Source of the DNA: Acutalibacteraceae bacterium
GTDB taxonomy: Bacteria; Bacillota; Clostridia; Oscillospirales; Acutalibacteraceae
Length of the DNA: 64,000 bases
Reading direction: 5' to 3'
Assembly: GCA_045630265.1 (NCBI GenBank)
Contig: JAZQSV010000041.1
Coordinates: 525 to 64,524, forward strand
The notes under the pieces were generated by a model. That model worked only from the letters and a program-made list of their open reading frames with translations, made no database searches and was not told where the DNA came from. A program made the translations under genes and the position numbers. Shown here one piece after another: positions 18,459 through 26,021 of this stretch. Position 1 is the first letter of the stretch. Each line of letters opens with the position of its first letter.

Positions 18459-20567
18459 ATGTACGAAAATTTTAAAGTTTTCAGCACAGAGTTTGCAGGC
18501 CGCACCTTAACCGTTGAGGTTGGCAAAATGGCTCAGCTTGCAAACGGCGCATGTCTTGTTCGCTATGGCGAGACTGAAGTTTTTTGTGCCGCAACTGCTT
18601 CGGCAAAGCCCAGAGAGGGTATTGACTTTTTACCCCTTTCGGTTGACTTTGAGGAGAAGCTTTATTCCGTAGGCCGTATCCCCGGCTCCTTTACACGCCG
18701 TGAGGGCAAACCCACCGATAAGGCTATTCTTTGCTCCCGCGTTATCGACCGTCCCGTACGCCCCTTGTTCCCCAAGGATATGCGTAACGACGATTCCCTT
18801 GTTTGTACCGTAATGTCGGTTGACCCCGACTGCTCTCCCGAAATCGTTGGTATGATTGGTGCATCTATTGCCCTTTCTATTTCCGATATTCCGTGGGAAG
18901 GCCCTATCAGCGGTATTTCGGTTGGTTATGTTGACGGCGAGATTGTTCTTAACCCCAACGCAGAGCAGCAGGCAAAATCCGAAATGCAGGTTACTGTTTC
19001 TTCTACTGCTGATTTGGTTGCTATGATTGAGGCAGGCGCTAAAGAAATTCCTAACGACGTTATGTTCGAGGGTATTATGAAGGGCCACGCCGAAAACCAG
19101 AAGATGGTTGCCTTTATTAAGGATATCCAAAATCAAATCGGTAAAGAGAAATTTACATTCGAAACTTCCGATCCCGACCCCGCAATGTTCGAGGCAATTA
19201 AGGAGTTTGCTATTGACGACGTTAAGGCAGCTCTTGATACTGATGATAAAAATGTTCGCGATGAGAGACTTCTCCCCGTTTACGATGCAGTTCATGCAAA
19301 GTTTGATGAAATCTATCCCGAAATGGAAGCCAAGATTGATGAGTGTATGTACAAGCTTCAAAAGTTTGTAGTTCGTCGTTGGCTTTTGGATGAGGGCAAG
19401 CGTGTTGACGGACGTGGTATTAACGAAATCCGTCCTCTTTCTGCAGAGGTTGGTCTTCTTTCCCGCGTACACGGCTCCGGTCTTTTTGCACGTGGTCAGA
19501 CACAGGTTCTTACCATTGCAACACTAGGCCCCGTTCGCGATGCACAACTTTTAGACGGTATTGACAGCGAAACCGAGAAGCGCTATATGCACCACTACAA
19601 TATGCCTTCCTACTCGGTTGGCGAAACCCGTCCTTCTCGTGGCCCCGGCCGTCGCGAAATTGGTCACGGTGCTCTTGCAGAGCGCGCACTTTTACCTGTA
19701 ATCCCCAGCGCAGAGGAATTCCCCTACGCTATCCGCCTTGTTTCCGAGATTCTTTCTTCTAATGGTTCTACCTCTCAGGGTTCTATCTGTGGCTCTACAC
19801 TTGCCCTTATGGATGCAGGTGTTCCCATTAAGGCACCCGTTGCAGGTATTTCCTGCGGTCTTATTACCGAGGGGGACCGCTTTATGACAATGGTTGATAT
19901 TCAGGGTCTTGAAGACTTCTTTGGCGATATGGACTTTAAGGTAGCAGGTACTCATAAGGGTATCACCGCTATTCAGATGGACCTTAAAATTCACGGCTTA
20001 ACACCCGAAATCATTAAGGAAGCACTAGATAAAACCTATGATGCTCGTATCCATATTTTGGATGAGGTTATGCTTAAATGTATTGCTGAGCCCAGAGCAG
20101 AGGTATCCAAGTACGCTCCCAAAATGCTTTCCACAAAAATCCATCCCGATAAAATTCGCGAGGTTATTGGTTCCGGCGGTAAGGTTATTCAGAAGATTCA
20201 GGCAGACTGCAATTGTAAGATTGATATTGATGACGACGGTAACGTATTTATCTCTGCAATCGGCGCAGATGATGCAAAACGTGCACTTCAAATAGTTGAA
20301 ACAATTGCTCTCGACCCCGAGGTTGGCGCAATTTACAAGGGTAAGGTTACCCGCCTTATGAACTTTGGCGCATTTGTTGAAATTGCTCCCGGTAAAGAAG
20401 GTCTTGTTCACATCAGCAAGCTTGATACAAAGCGTGTTGAAAAGGTTGAGGACTGCGTAGCAGTTGGCGATGAGGTTATCGTTAAGGTTACCGAGATTGA
20501 CGACCAGGGCCGCCTAAACCTTAGCCGTAAGGACGCACTTATGGATATGGAAGCTAAGAAACAGTAA
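18459..20567 (+). CDS. pnp: polyribonucleotide nucleotidyltransferase (PNPase)
   Basis: Two RNase PH domains followed by KH and S1 (GKVTRLMNFGAFVEIAPGKEGLVHIS). The ATG at 18459 follows a GGAGG SD. Confidence 0.97.
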   Translation: MYENFKVFSTEFAGRTLTVEVGKMAQLANGACLVRYGETEVFCAATASAKPREGIDFLPLSVDFEEKLYSVGRIPGSFTRREGKPTDKAILCSRVIDRPVRPLFPKDMRNDDSLVCTVMSVDPDCSPEIVGMIGASIALSISDIPWEGPISGISVGYVDGEIVLNPNAEQQAKSEMQVTVSSTADLVAMIEAGAKEIPNDVMFEGIMKGHAENQKMVAFIKDIQNQIGKEKFTFETSDPDPAMFEAIKEFAIDDVKAALDTDDKNVRDERLLPVYDAVHAKFDEIYPEMEAKIDECMYKLQKFVVRRWLLDEGKRVDGRGINEIRPLSAEVGLLSRVHGSGLFARGQTQVLTIATLGPVRDAQLLDGIDSETEKRYMHHYNMPSYSVGETRPSRGPGRREIGHGALAERALLPVIPSAEEFPYAIRLVSEILSSNGSTSQGSICGSTLALMDAGVPIKAPVAGISCGLITEGDRFMTMVDIQGLEDFFGDMDFKVAGTHKGITAIQMDLKIHGLTPEIIKEALDKTYDARIHILDEVMLKCIAEPRAEVSKYAPKMLSTKIHPDKIREVIGSGGKVIQKIQADCNCKIDIDDDGNVFISAIGADDAKRALQIVETIALDPEVGAIYKGKVTRLMNFGAFVEIAPGKEGLVHISKLDTKRVEKVEDCVAVGDEVIVKVTEIDDQGRLNLSRKDALMDMEAKKQ

Positions 20568-20586
20568 TTAGCATTTAAAAGGTTTT

Positions 20587-20628
20587 AAACGGGTTTTAGA
20601 TAAACATCTAAAACCCGTTTTTATTTTA
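20587..20628 (+). terminator. pnp intrinsic terminator
   Basis: Perfect 15-bp stem aaacgggttttagat/atctaaaacccgttt followed by ttatttt. Confidence 0.85.
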
Positions 20629-20640
20629 CAAAATTTATTA

Positions 20641-20669
20641 TTGACTAGGCATATAAAAACAGGTACAAT
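20641..20669 (+). promoter_or_regulatory. sigma-A type promoter, TTGACT-17-TACAAT
   Basis: Hexamers at 20641-20646 and 20664-20669, upstream of the DUF1292 gene. Confidence 0.5.
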
Positions 20670-20702
20670 ATAATTAGAAACTATGAAACGGAGAGATTTA
20701 CC

Positions 20703-21008
20703 ATGAGTGAAAATAATACTTTTGGAAATGATATTGTTACCCTGACCGATGACGAGGGTAAAGAATATTCCTTTGAAATTTTAGACGCCATCGAAACCGA
20801 TACCGGCCGTTACCTTGCAATGCTTCCCTATTATGCCGACGCTAAGGATAGACTTGATGACAGCGGCGAGCTTGTACTTGTTAAAACCGTTTTGGATGAT
20901 GACGGTGAGGAGTATTTTGAGGATATTGCCGATGATGACGAGTACGAAACTATTGCCGATTTCTTCATTCAGCGCCTAAGCGAAGAGTACGATATAGATG
21001 AGCAGTAG
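20703..21008 (+). CDS. DUF1292 family acidic protein
   Basis: TLTDDEGKEYSFEILDAIETDTGRYLAMLP and an Asp/Glu-rich C-terminus. Confidence 0.8.
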   Translation: MSENNTFGNDIVTLTDDEGKEYSFEILDAIETDTGRYLAMLPYYADAKDRLDDSGELVLVKTVLDDDGEEYFEDIADDDEYETIADFFIQRLSEEYDIDEQ

Positions 21009-21314
21009 CCCATGCGATGGGCGGCGAGTTCGCGCATTCGGTTGGCAAAAGTTTTTAAAATGCGCCCGCGCTTAAAAGTTGCAAGACTGCTCATTTTTTT
21101 TAAAAATGTATATCTTTTAATTTCCTTCCCTGTTCGTGGACCGTGGTATTCTATAACCCTACAACCTTTATTTAGGGGACCTATCTCCCGCGGCGGGCTT
21201 GCAGACCTCCCGATTTTTATCGGACGAAGGGAGCGCGAAACCGTGGGGCGGCCACCCACCTGTTTTATTTGCAGGTTATCAAGCTGCCACTTGCGGCAGG
21301 GCAGGAAAATTTGT
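21008..21314. ncRNA. GC-rich structured non-coding region; candidate ncRNA of unknown family and strand
   Basis: About 300 nt with six or more local hairpins and no protein-like ORF. GC is visibly above that of the flanks. Confidence 0.3.
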
Positions 21315-21357
21315 AAAATTTAAAACGTGCCTACGACAATTTGTCATAGGCACGTTT
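21315..21357 (-). terminator. intrinsic terminator of the XRE gene
   Basis: A 15-bp stem (aaacgtgcctacgac/gtcataggcacgttt). The single mismatch becomes G-U only on the minus RNA. A U-run follows on the minus strand. Confidence 0.75.
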
Positions 21358-21403
21358 GCATTTTATTAGGGAGATGGACGGTATTTATGCCAACTAAATT
21401 GGT

Positions 21404-21604
21404 TTATTTTTTGTATTCCAGCAAATCGGAAATATCGCAACCAAGTGCAGCACAAATTCTATCAAGCACAAAACTGTCATAACGAATGACCTTGTTTTTG
21501 TAGTAGTTGTCTATAATTTGATATTGTATTCCCGTGCGCTTTGAAAGTTCATATCTGCTAACATTTAATTTTGTCAATGTCTTATCAAGAGTTATTTTTA
21601 TCAT
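21404..21604 (-). CDS. XRE/Cro-C1 family helix-turn-helix regulator
   Basis: LNVSRYELSKRTGIQYQIIDNYYKNK..LDRICAALGCDISDLLEY. The start may be at 21619 or 21604. Confidence 0.8.
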   Translation of the reverse strand: MIKITLDKTLTKLNVSRYELSKRTGIQYQIIDNYYKNKVIRYDSFVLDRICAALGCDISDLLEYKK

Positions 21605-21651
21605 AATCTTATTATACACCTCTAATTACATTTTATTGAGGATATATTTAC

Positions 21652-21680
21652 TTGACAATTCTCTTGAATAGATATATACT
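21652..21680 (+). promoter_or_regulatory. sigma-A type promoter, TTGACA-17-TATACT
   Basis: Hexamers at 21652-21657 and 21675-21680, in the divergent XRE/SLOG intergenic region. Confidence 0.6.
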
Positions 21681-21711
21681 TATATAACGACATATTTTTG
21701 CAGGTGGATAT

Positions 21712-22089
21712 ATGATAAAAAGAATAGTAATAGCAGGAAGTAGAGAATATAATAATTATACTCAAGCCAAAGAGGAATTAGAAGCTTGTTTGCTCGAGAT
21801 ACAAAATGAATATGACATTATCGTTCTTTCAGGTGGATGTAGAGGAGCCGATTTAATTGGGGAAAGATATGCCCGAGAAAAGGGTTACAAGGTGGAAAAA
21901 TACCCTGCAGATTGGCAAAAATATGGGCGAAGTGCAGGGCCTAAAAGAAATGAAGAAATGGCAAAAATCAGCGACTTGGTAATTTGTTTTTGGGATGGCA
22001 AAAGCAGAGGAACAAAATCTATGATAGGATATGCAAAAAAATATAACACACCAATAAAGGTTATACAAATTGAGCAACCAACAATGTAA
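21712..22089 (+). CDS. SLOG-superfamily protein (DUF2493 / cpYpsA-like)
   Basis: IVIAGSREY..VLSGGCRGADLIGERYA..GPKRNEEM..VICFWDGKSRGT is a DprA/LOG-like Rossmann signature. Confidence 0.7.
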   Translation: MIKRIVIAGSREYNNYTQAKEELEACLLEIQNEYDIIVLSGGCRGADLIGERYAREKGYKVEKYPADWQKYGRSAGPKRNEEMAKISDLVICFWDGKSRGTKSMIGYAKKYNTPIKVIQIEQPTM

Positions 22090-22120
22090 ATTTCATCATT
22101 CAATACACACGAAGATAATC

Positions 22121-22158
22121 AAACACCCAACCTATTTCGAGGTTGGGTGTTTATTTAT
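22121..22158. terminator. bidirectional terminator between the SLOG gene and comM
   Basis: aaacacccaacc/ggttgggtgttt stem with T-runs on both sides. Confidence 0.75.
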
Positions 22159-22185
22159 TATCTATTGTACGAAAAAGTTTCGCCA

Positions 22186-23709
22186 TTATTCCCAGTATTT
22201 CCTATCAAGACTTCTAAACTGTATGGCCTGTGCAATGTGGATGAAATCAATATTTTCTGCACCGTCTAAATCCGCAAGGGTGCGGGCCACTTTTAAAAGT
22301 CTGTCGTACGCTCTGCCCGAAAGCCCCATCGTTTCAAAGGCGGTTTTAAGTGTGGATTCGGCATCGGCGGTTAGGGTGCAGTATTTTTTAAGAAGTGCAG
22401 GGGTAAGCCGAGCATTACAGGTAATGCTCTCATTTTTATAGCGCTCGTTTTGTATTTGCCTTGCCTTGTCAACCCTTTTCTTAATCTCGGCTGAGGTTTC
22501 TTCGTTTATCCCGCCTTGCAATTCGTCATACTTTACAGGCGGCACCTCTACGTGAATATCAAGTCTATCCAGCATTGGGCCAGAAATCTTGCCAAGATAT
22601 TTTGACACGGCATTCGGCGTGCAGGTGCAACGCTTGGTTGGATGGCCGTAAAATCCGCAAGGGCAGGGGTTCATAGCTCCTATAAGGGTAAAGGAGCAGG
22701 GATAGGTTAATGTCCCCGCTACTCTGGAAACGGTAACAACACCATCCTCTAAAGGTGCACGAAGAGCCTCCATAACATCCCTTTTAAATTCGGGAAGCTC
22801 ATCTAAAAACAAAACGCCATTGTGGGCTAGGGAAATTTCACCCGGCTTTGGCAGTGTTCCTCCGCCTGACATAGCGGGTGTAGAAACGGTATGGTGTGGT
22901 GAACGGAAAGGCCTTACTTTAACAAGCGGGGAGTTTTTTGGTAATTCCCCCGCAATAGAATGAATTTTAGTTGTATCAACCGATTCTTCTTCGGTCATTT
23001 CAGGAAGTATGGTGGGAAAGCGTTTTGCAAGCATACTTTTTCCCGAGCCGGGAGGGCCGATAAGCAGTACGTTATGTCCGCCCGCCGCAGCAACCTCAAG
23101 GGCCTTTTTTGCAAGGATTTGGCCTTTAACCTCCGAAAAATCAAGAAGGTGAACGGTATGGCTGTTTTCAGTAAGAATGGGCGCAGCTTTTTTTATTGTA
23201 ATAGCGCCGTTTAAAAAGTCCGCAAGCTGCCTAATACTTTTAATGGGATAAATATCAATACCATGTACCACCGCACCTTCGGCCGCATTGTCTTCTGGAA
23301 CAAAAAGGCGTTTAATACCGCATTCTCTAGCTTTAAGTGTCATGCTAAGTAGCCCGTTTATTGGTCTGAGTTTGCCGTCTAGCGATAACTCTCCTATAAA
23401 TGCACTGTCACTAAAATCTCCGCTCAGCTGACCGGTTGCGACCAAAATAGATACAAGTAAAGGTACGTCGTAAAGGGTGCCTTCTTTTTTTCGGTCGGCG
23501 GGAGCAAGGTTGATTGTTGTTCGGCCTATTGGGAAATGAAAGCCCGCGTTTTTCATGGCTGCGCGCACTCTATCCTTCGATTCTTTAACCGCCGCGTCGG
23601 GAAGTCCTACAATGTCAAAACTGTAGGTACCGTTAGATACGTCGGCTTCGACCTCTATCATATATGCATCCATACCAAATATGCCAATACTGTTTTGCTT
23701 AGTGAACAT
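22186..23709 (-). CDS. comM: YifB/ComM family Mg-chelatase-like AAA+ ATPase
   Basis: N-terminal Lon-like domain, Walker A (LLIGPPGSGKSMLA), LFLDELPEF, and a C-terminal ChlI-like domain. Confidence 0.9.
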   Translation of the reverse strand: MFTKQNSIGIFGMDAYMIEVEADVSNGTYSFDIVGLPDAAVKESKDRVRAAMKNAGFHFPIGRTTINLAPADRKKEGTLYDVPLLVSILVATGQLSGDFSDSAFIGELSLDGKLRPINGLLSMTLKARECGIKRLFVPEDNAAEGAVVHGIDIYPIKSIRQLADFLNGAITIKKAAPILTENSHTVHLLDFSEVKGQILAKKALEVAAAGGHNVLLIGPPGSGKSMLAKRFPTILPEMTEEESVDTTKIHSIAGELPKNSPLVKVRPFRSPHHTVSTPAMSGGGTLPKPGEISLAHNGVLFLDELPEFKRDVMEALRAPLEDGVVTVSRVAGTLTYPCSFTLIGAMNPCPCGFYGHPTKRCTCTPNAVSKYLGKISGPMLDRLDIHVEVPPVKYDELQGGINEETSAEIKKRVDKARQIQNERYKNESITCNARLTPALLKKYCTLTADAESTLKTAFETMGLSGRAYDRLLKVARTLADLDGAENIDFIHIAQAIQFRSLDRKYWE

Positions 23710-23756
23710 TTAAATCAAATACCTCTCGCTAAACTTAATTAATTTAAATCAAGTTA

Positions 23757-24938
23757 CTATATTGAACGGTAGCGAATAACCTTAATTTGTTTTCCGCCTT
23801 TTATGTAAACTCGGGGAATTCGGTGGGCAACTGCGCAAACAAGTTCATAATTTATGGTACCAAGCTCGGTGCTCAATTTTTCTACGGGAAGTCCTTCACC
23901 AAAAACGGTAACGGTGTCGCCGCTTTGCACGCCATCCAGGTCAGTAACGTCAAGCATGGTCTGGTCCATACAAACTCTTCCCACTATGGGAGCCAAGGTA
24001 TTCCCAATAAGCATTTGTCCCTTGCCAGACAAACCTCTCATATATCCGTCGGCGTAGCCAATGGATATAGTAGCGATCTTCATATCCTTTTTGGCAGTAA
24101 AGGTTTTTCCGTAGCTAATGCTGTCGCCCCTTTTAATGTTTTTAACCTGAGTAACCTTTGCCTTAACTGTCATAATAGGCTTTAAGGGGATAGGAAGATT
24201 TAAATCCTTAGAGGGGGTAAGCCCATAAAGAATAATGCCGGCTCGGTAAAGGTCAGACGGCTCCGAAACGCTATCTAAAAGTGTGGCGGCCGAATTAGAG
24301 CAGTGAAGTTCCAGTTCACCCTTGCCGCAGTCGGCAGCTATCTGCCTTAAAATCTCACTAGCCGACGTAAAGAGTGCGTATTGTTGCTTTTTAAATACGG
24401 CGCCCTCGTCATTATCTCTGTCAGCAGTAGCAAAATGAGTAAACCCTCCTGTAATATTAAGCCCCCTTAAGGCAAAAACCTTTTTTATGTTTTCTCTCAA
24501 AGTTTTTGTGTCACTGCCTTGTCTGCAGTCAAAACCAAGGCGGCCCATACCGGTGTCAAGTTTTATATGGCATTTAAGGGTAACGCCTGCATCGGTTGCC
24601 GCTTTGCTTAGCCGCTTTGCACATTCAAGGTCGTAGATGCAAGCGGTAATGTCGTTCTTTGCAAGGTCCAAGACCGAATTCACGTCGGTATTTCCAAAAA
24701 GCAAAATTTCACCCTTGGTTTTAGCAAAACGAAGGTCTAATGCTTCATAAACGTTAGAAACGGCAAAACGTTTAATTCCCATACTATAAAGCTCTTTTGC
24801 CACCATTTTGGCGCCGTGGCCGTATGCATTGGCCTTAACAACGGCAATAATTTTTTCGGCGGGTATAAGTTTTAAAATTTGCTCAGTATTAAACTTTAGT
24901 GCATCAAGATTTATCTCTGCCCAAACGTGATAATACAT
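23757..24938 (-). CDS. alr: alanine racemase
   Basis: PLP-lysine motif AVVKANAYGHG and C-terminal VCMDQTMLDV. The ATG at 24938 follows a GGGAGA SD. Confidence 0.92.
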   Translation of the reverse strand: MYYHVWAEINLDALKFNTEQILKLIPAEKIIAVVKANAYGHGAKMVAKELYSMGIKRFAVSNVYEALDLRFAKTKGEILLFGNTDVNSVLDLAKNDITACIYDLECAKRLSKAATDAGVTLKCHIKLDTGMGRLGFDCRQGSDTKTLRENIKKVFALRGLNITGGFTHFATADRDNDEGAVFKKQQYALFTSASEILRQIAADCGKGELELHCSNSAATLLDSVSEPSDLYRAGIILYGLTPSKDLNLPIPLKPIMTVKAKVTQVKNIKRGDSISYGKTFTAKKDMKIATISIGYADGYMRGLSGKGQMLIGNTLAPIVGRVCMDQTMLDVTDLDGVQSGDTVTVFGEGLPVEKLSTELGTINYELVCAVAHRIPRVYIKGGKQIKVIRYRSI

Positions 24939-25152
24939 ACTTTGTCTCCCAAAACAAATATTCAAATATTATAAATATTATACACTCAAAAACTCGCTTA
25001 GTCAAGTCGCAAAGGCATAGCAAGGGATGGTGTCGAATACAAGTCTTTCTTGCGATTATTAAAAAAATATTTTCTGATTTAAGGCCGAAAAAGGGGTAAT
25101 AATTTTTATGTAAAGCCAAGGCCTTGTAAAACTTTATTCAGGGGGTATTTTT

Positions 25153-25920
25153 TTGCAGTACGGAAAGGTAGTAATTTGCGGCGTTGATACGTCCAAGCTT
25201 CCCGTTTTAAAGGAATCAGAAAAGGAGGAGTTGCTAAAAAAGGCAAGAGCTGGGGATAAAGCAGCCAGAGAGCAACTAATAAATGGCAATTTACGGTTAG
25301 TGCTTAGCGTTATAAAGAGATTTGTAGGTCGAGGGGAAAATCCCGACGACCTTTTTCAAATAGGTTGTATAGGACTCATTAAATCAATAGACAATTTTGA
25401 TATAACCCAGCAGGTAAAGTTTTCCACCTATGCGGTGCCAATGATAATTGGAGAAATAAGGAGATTTTTAAGGGATAATTCTCCTGTAAGGGTCAGCCGC
25501 TCCATAAAGGACACTGCCTATAAGGCAATGCAGGCAAAGGAAAAACTAACCGCCAAGCTTGGCCGAGAGCCTACCGTTACCGAAATTGCAAGGGAGCTTG
25601 ACATTAAAAGAGAAGAGGTTGTAATTGCACTGGAGAGTATAGTAGAACCAATGTCCCTTTACGAGCCGGTTTTCTCAGACGGCGGAGATACCCTTTACGT
25701 TTTGGATCAGCTTGGGGATAAGGGAGACGAGTCGGGCTGGCTAGATGAAATATCCTTTAAGGAGACCATTAAAAACCTAAGTGACAGAGAGAAAAAAATA
25801 ATGCGGCTTAGGTTTATATATGGCAAAACTCAAACCGAGGTTTCAAAGGAAATAGGCATTTCACAAGCTCAGGTAAGCCGACTTGAAAAGGGTGTTATTG
25901 ATAGGATAAAAAAGGGCTGA
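25153..25920 (+). CDS. sigG: sporulation sigma factor SigG
   Basis: KVVICGVDTSKLPVLK, NGNLRLVLSVIKRF and VKFSTYAVPMIIGEIRRFLRDNSPVRVSRS match SigG rather than SigF. TTG start after an AGGGGG SD. Confidence 0.85.
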   Translation: MQYGKVVICGVDTSKLPVLKESEKEELLKKARAGDKAAREQLINGNLRLVLSVIKRFVGRGENPDDLFQIGCIGLIKSIDNFDITQQVKFSTYAVPMIIGEIRRFLRDNSPVRVSRSIKDTAYKAMQAKEKLTAKLGREPTVTEIARELDIKREEVVIALESIVEPMSLYEPVFSDGGDTLYVLDQLGDKGDESGWLDEISFKETIKNLSDREKKIMRLRFIYGKTQTEVSKEIGISQAQVSRLEKGVIDRIKKG

Positions 25921-25946
25921 CTAAAAGATATAAGCATTAAAATAAA

Positions 25947-25995
25947 AAGGATAGTAAAGAACAAAAGAATGTTCCTTGCTATCCTTTAATTTTTA
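25947..25995. terminator. hairpin terminator between sigG and the nuclease gene
   Basis: aaaggatagtaaagaac / gttccttgctatccttt, a 17-bp stem with one mismatch. Confidence 0.55.
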
Positions 25996-26021
25996 TGCTT
26001 TGCGAAGCTTTTAAAGAATTA

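Noticed and set aside
18630-19472. 280-aa antisense ORF inside pnp. The same applies to 51742..52671, 53743..54375, 4830..5336, 48087..48482 and 43585..44049.
   Set aside because: These are shadow ORFs on the opposite strand of well-supported genes. They lack an SD and have skewed composition.
20969-21323. Track ORFs 20969..21259 (-) and 21012..21323 (+)
   Set aside because: They overlap each other in a hairpin-dense region. Their translations are Arg/Ser/Pro/Gly-rich with no SD. They are most likely reading-frame artefacts of GC-rich structured DNA.
21008-21330. tmRNA, SRP RNA, RNase P, T-box or cobalamin riboswitch identity for the GC-rich block
   Set aside because: Some short strings looked suggestive. 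ACGGTTTCG on the minus strand resembles a tmRNA 5' end. GGGTGG resembles a T-box. ACAGGGAAGG resembles a B12 element. GGTCC..GGAAGGAAA resembles SRP. None of them has its obligatory partner. There is no GGUUCGA T-arm or CCA end at the right distance, no GAGGAAAGUCC, no GGAAGCAGC, and no downstream gene for a T-box or riboswitch on that strand.
25015-25041. Possible forespore-type (SigF/SigG) promoter GCATA-N15-GAATACA upstream of sigG
   Set aside because: Only a loose resemblance to my recollection of the forespore consensus. I cannot verify the spacing or the -10 rules from memory, so it is not reported as a feature.
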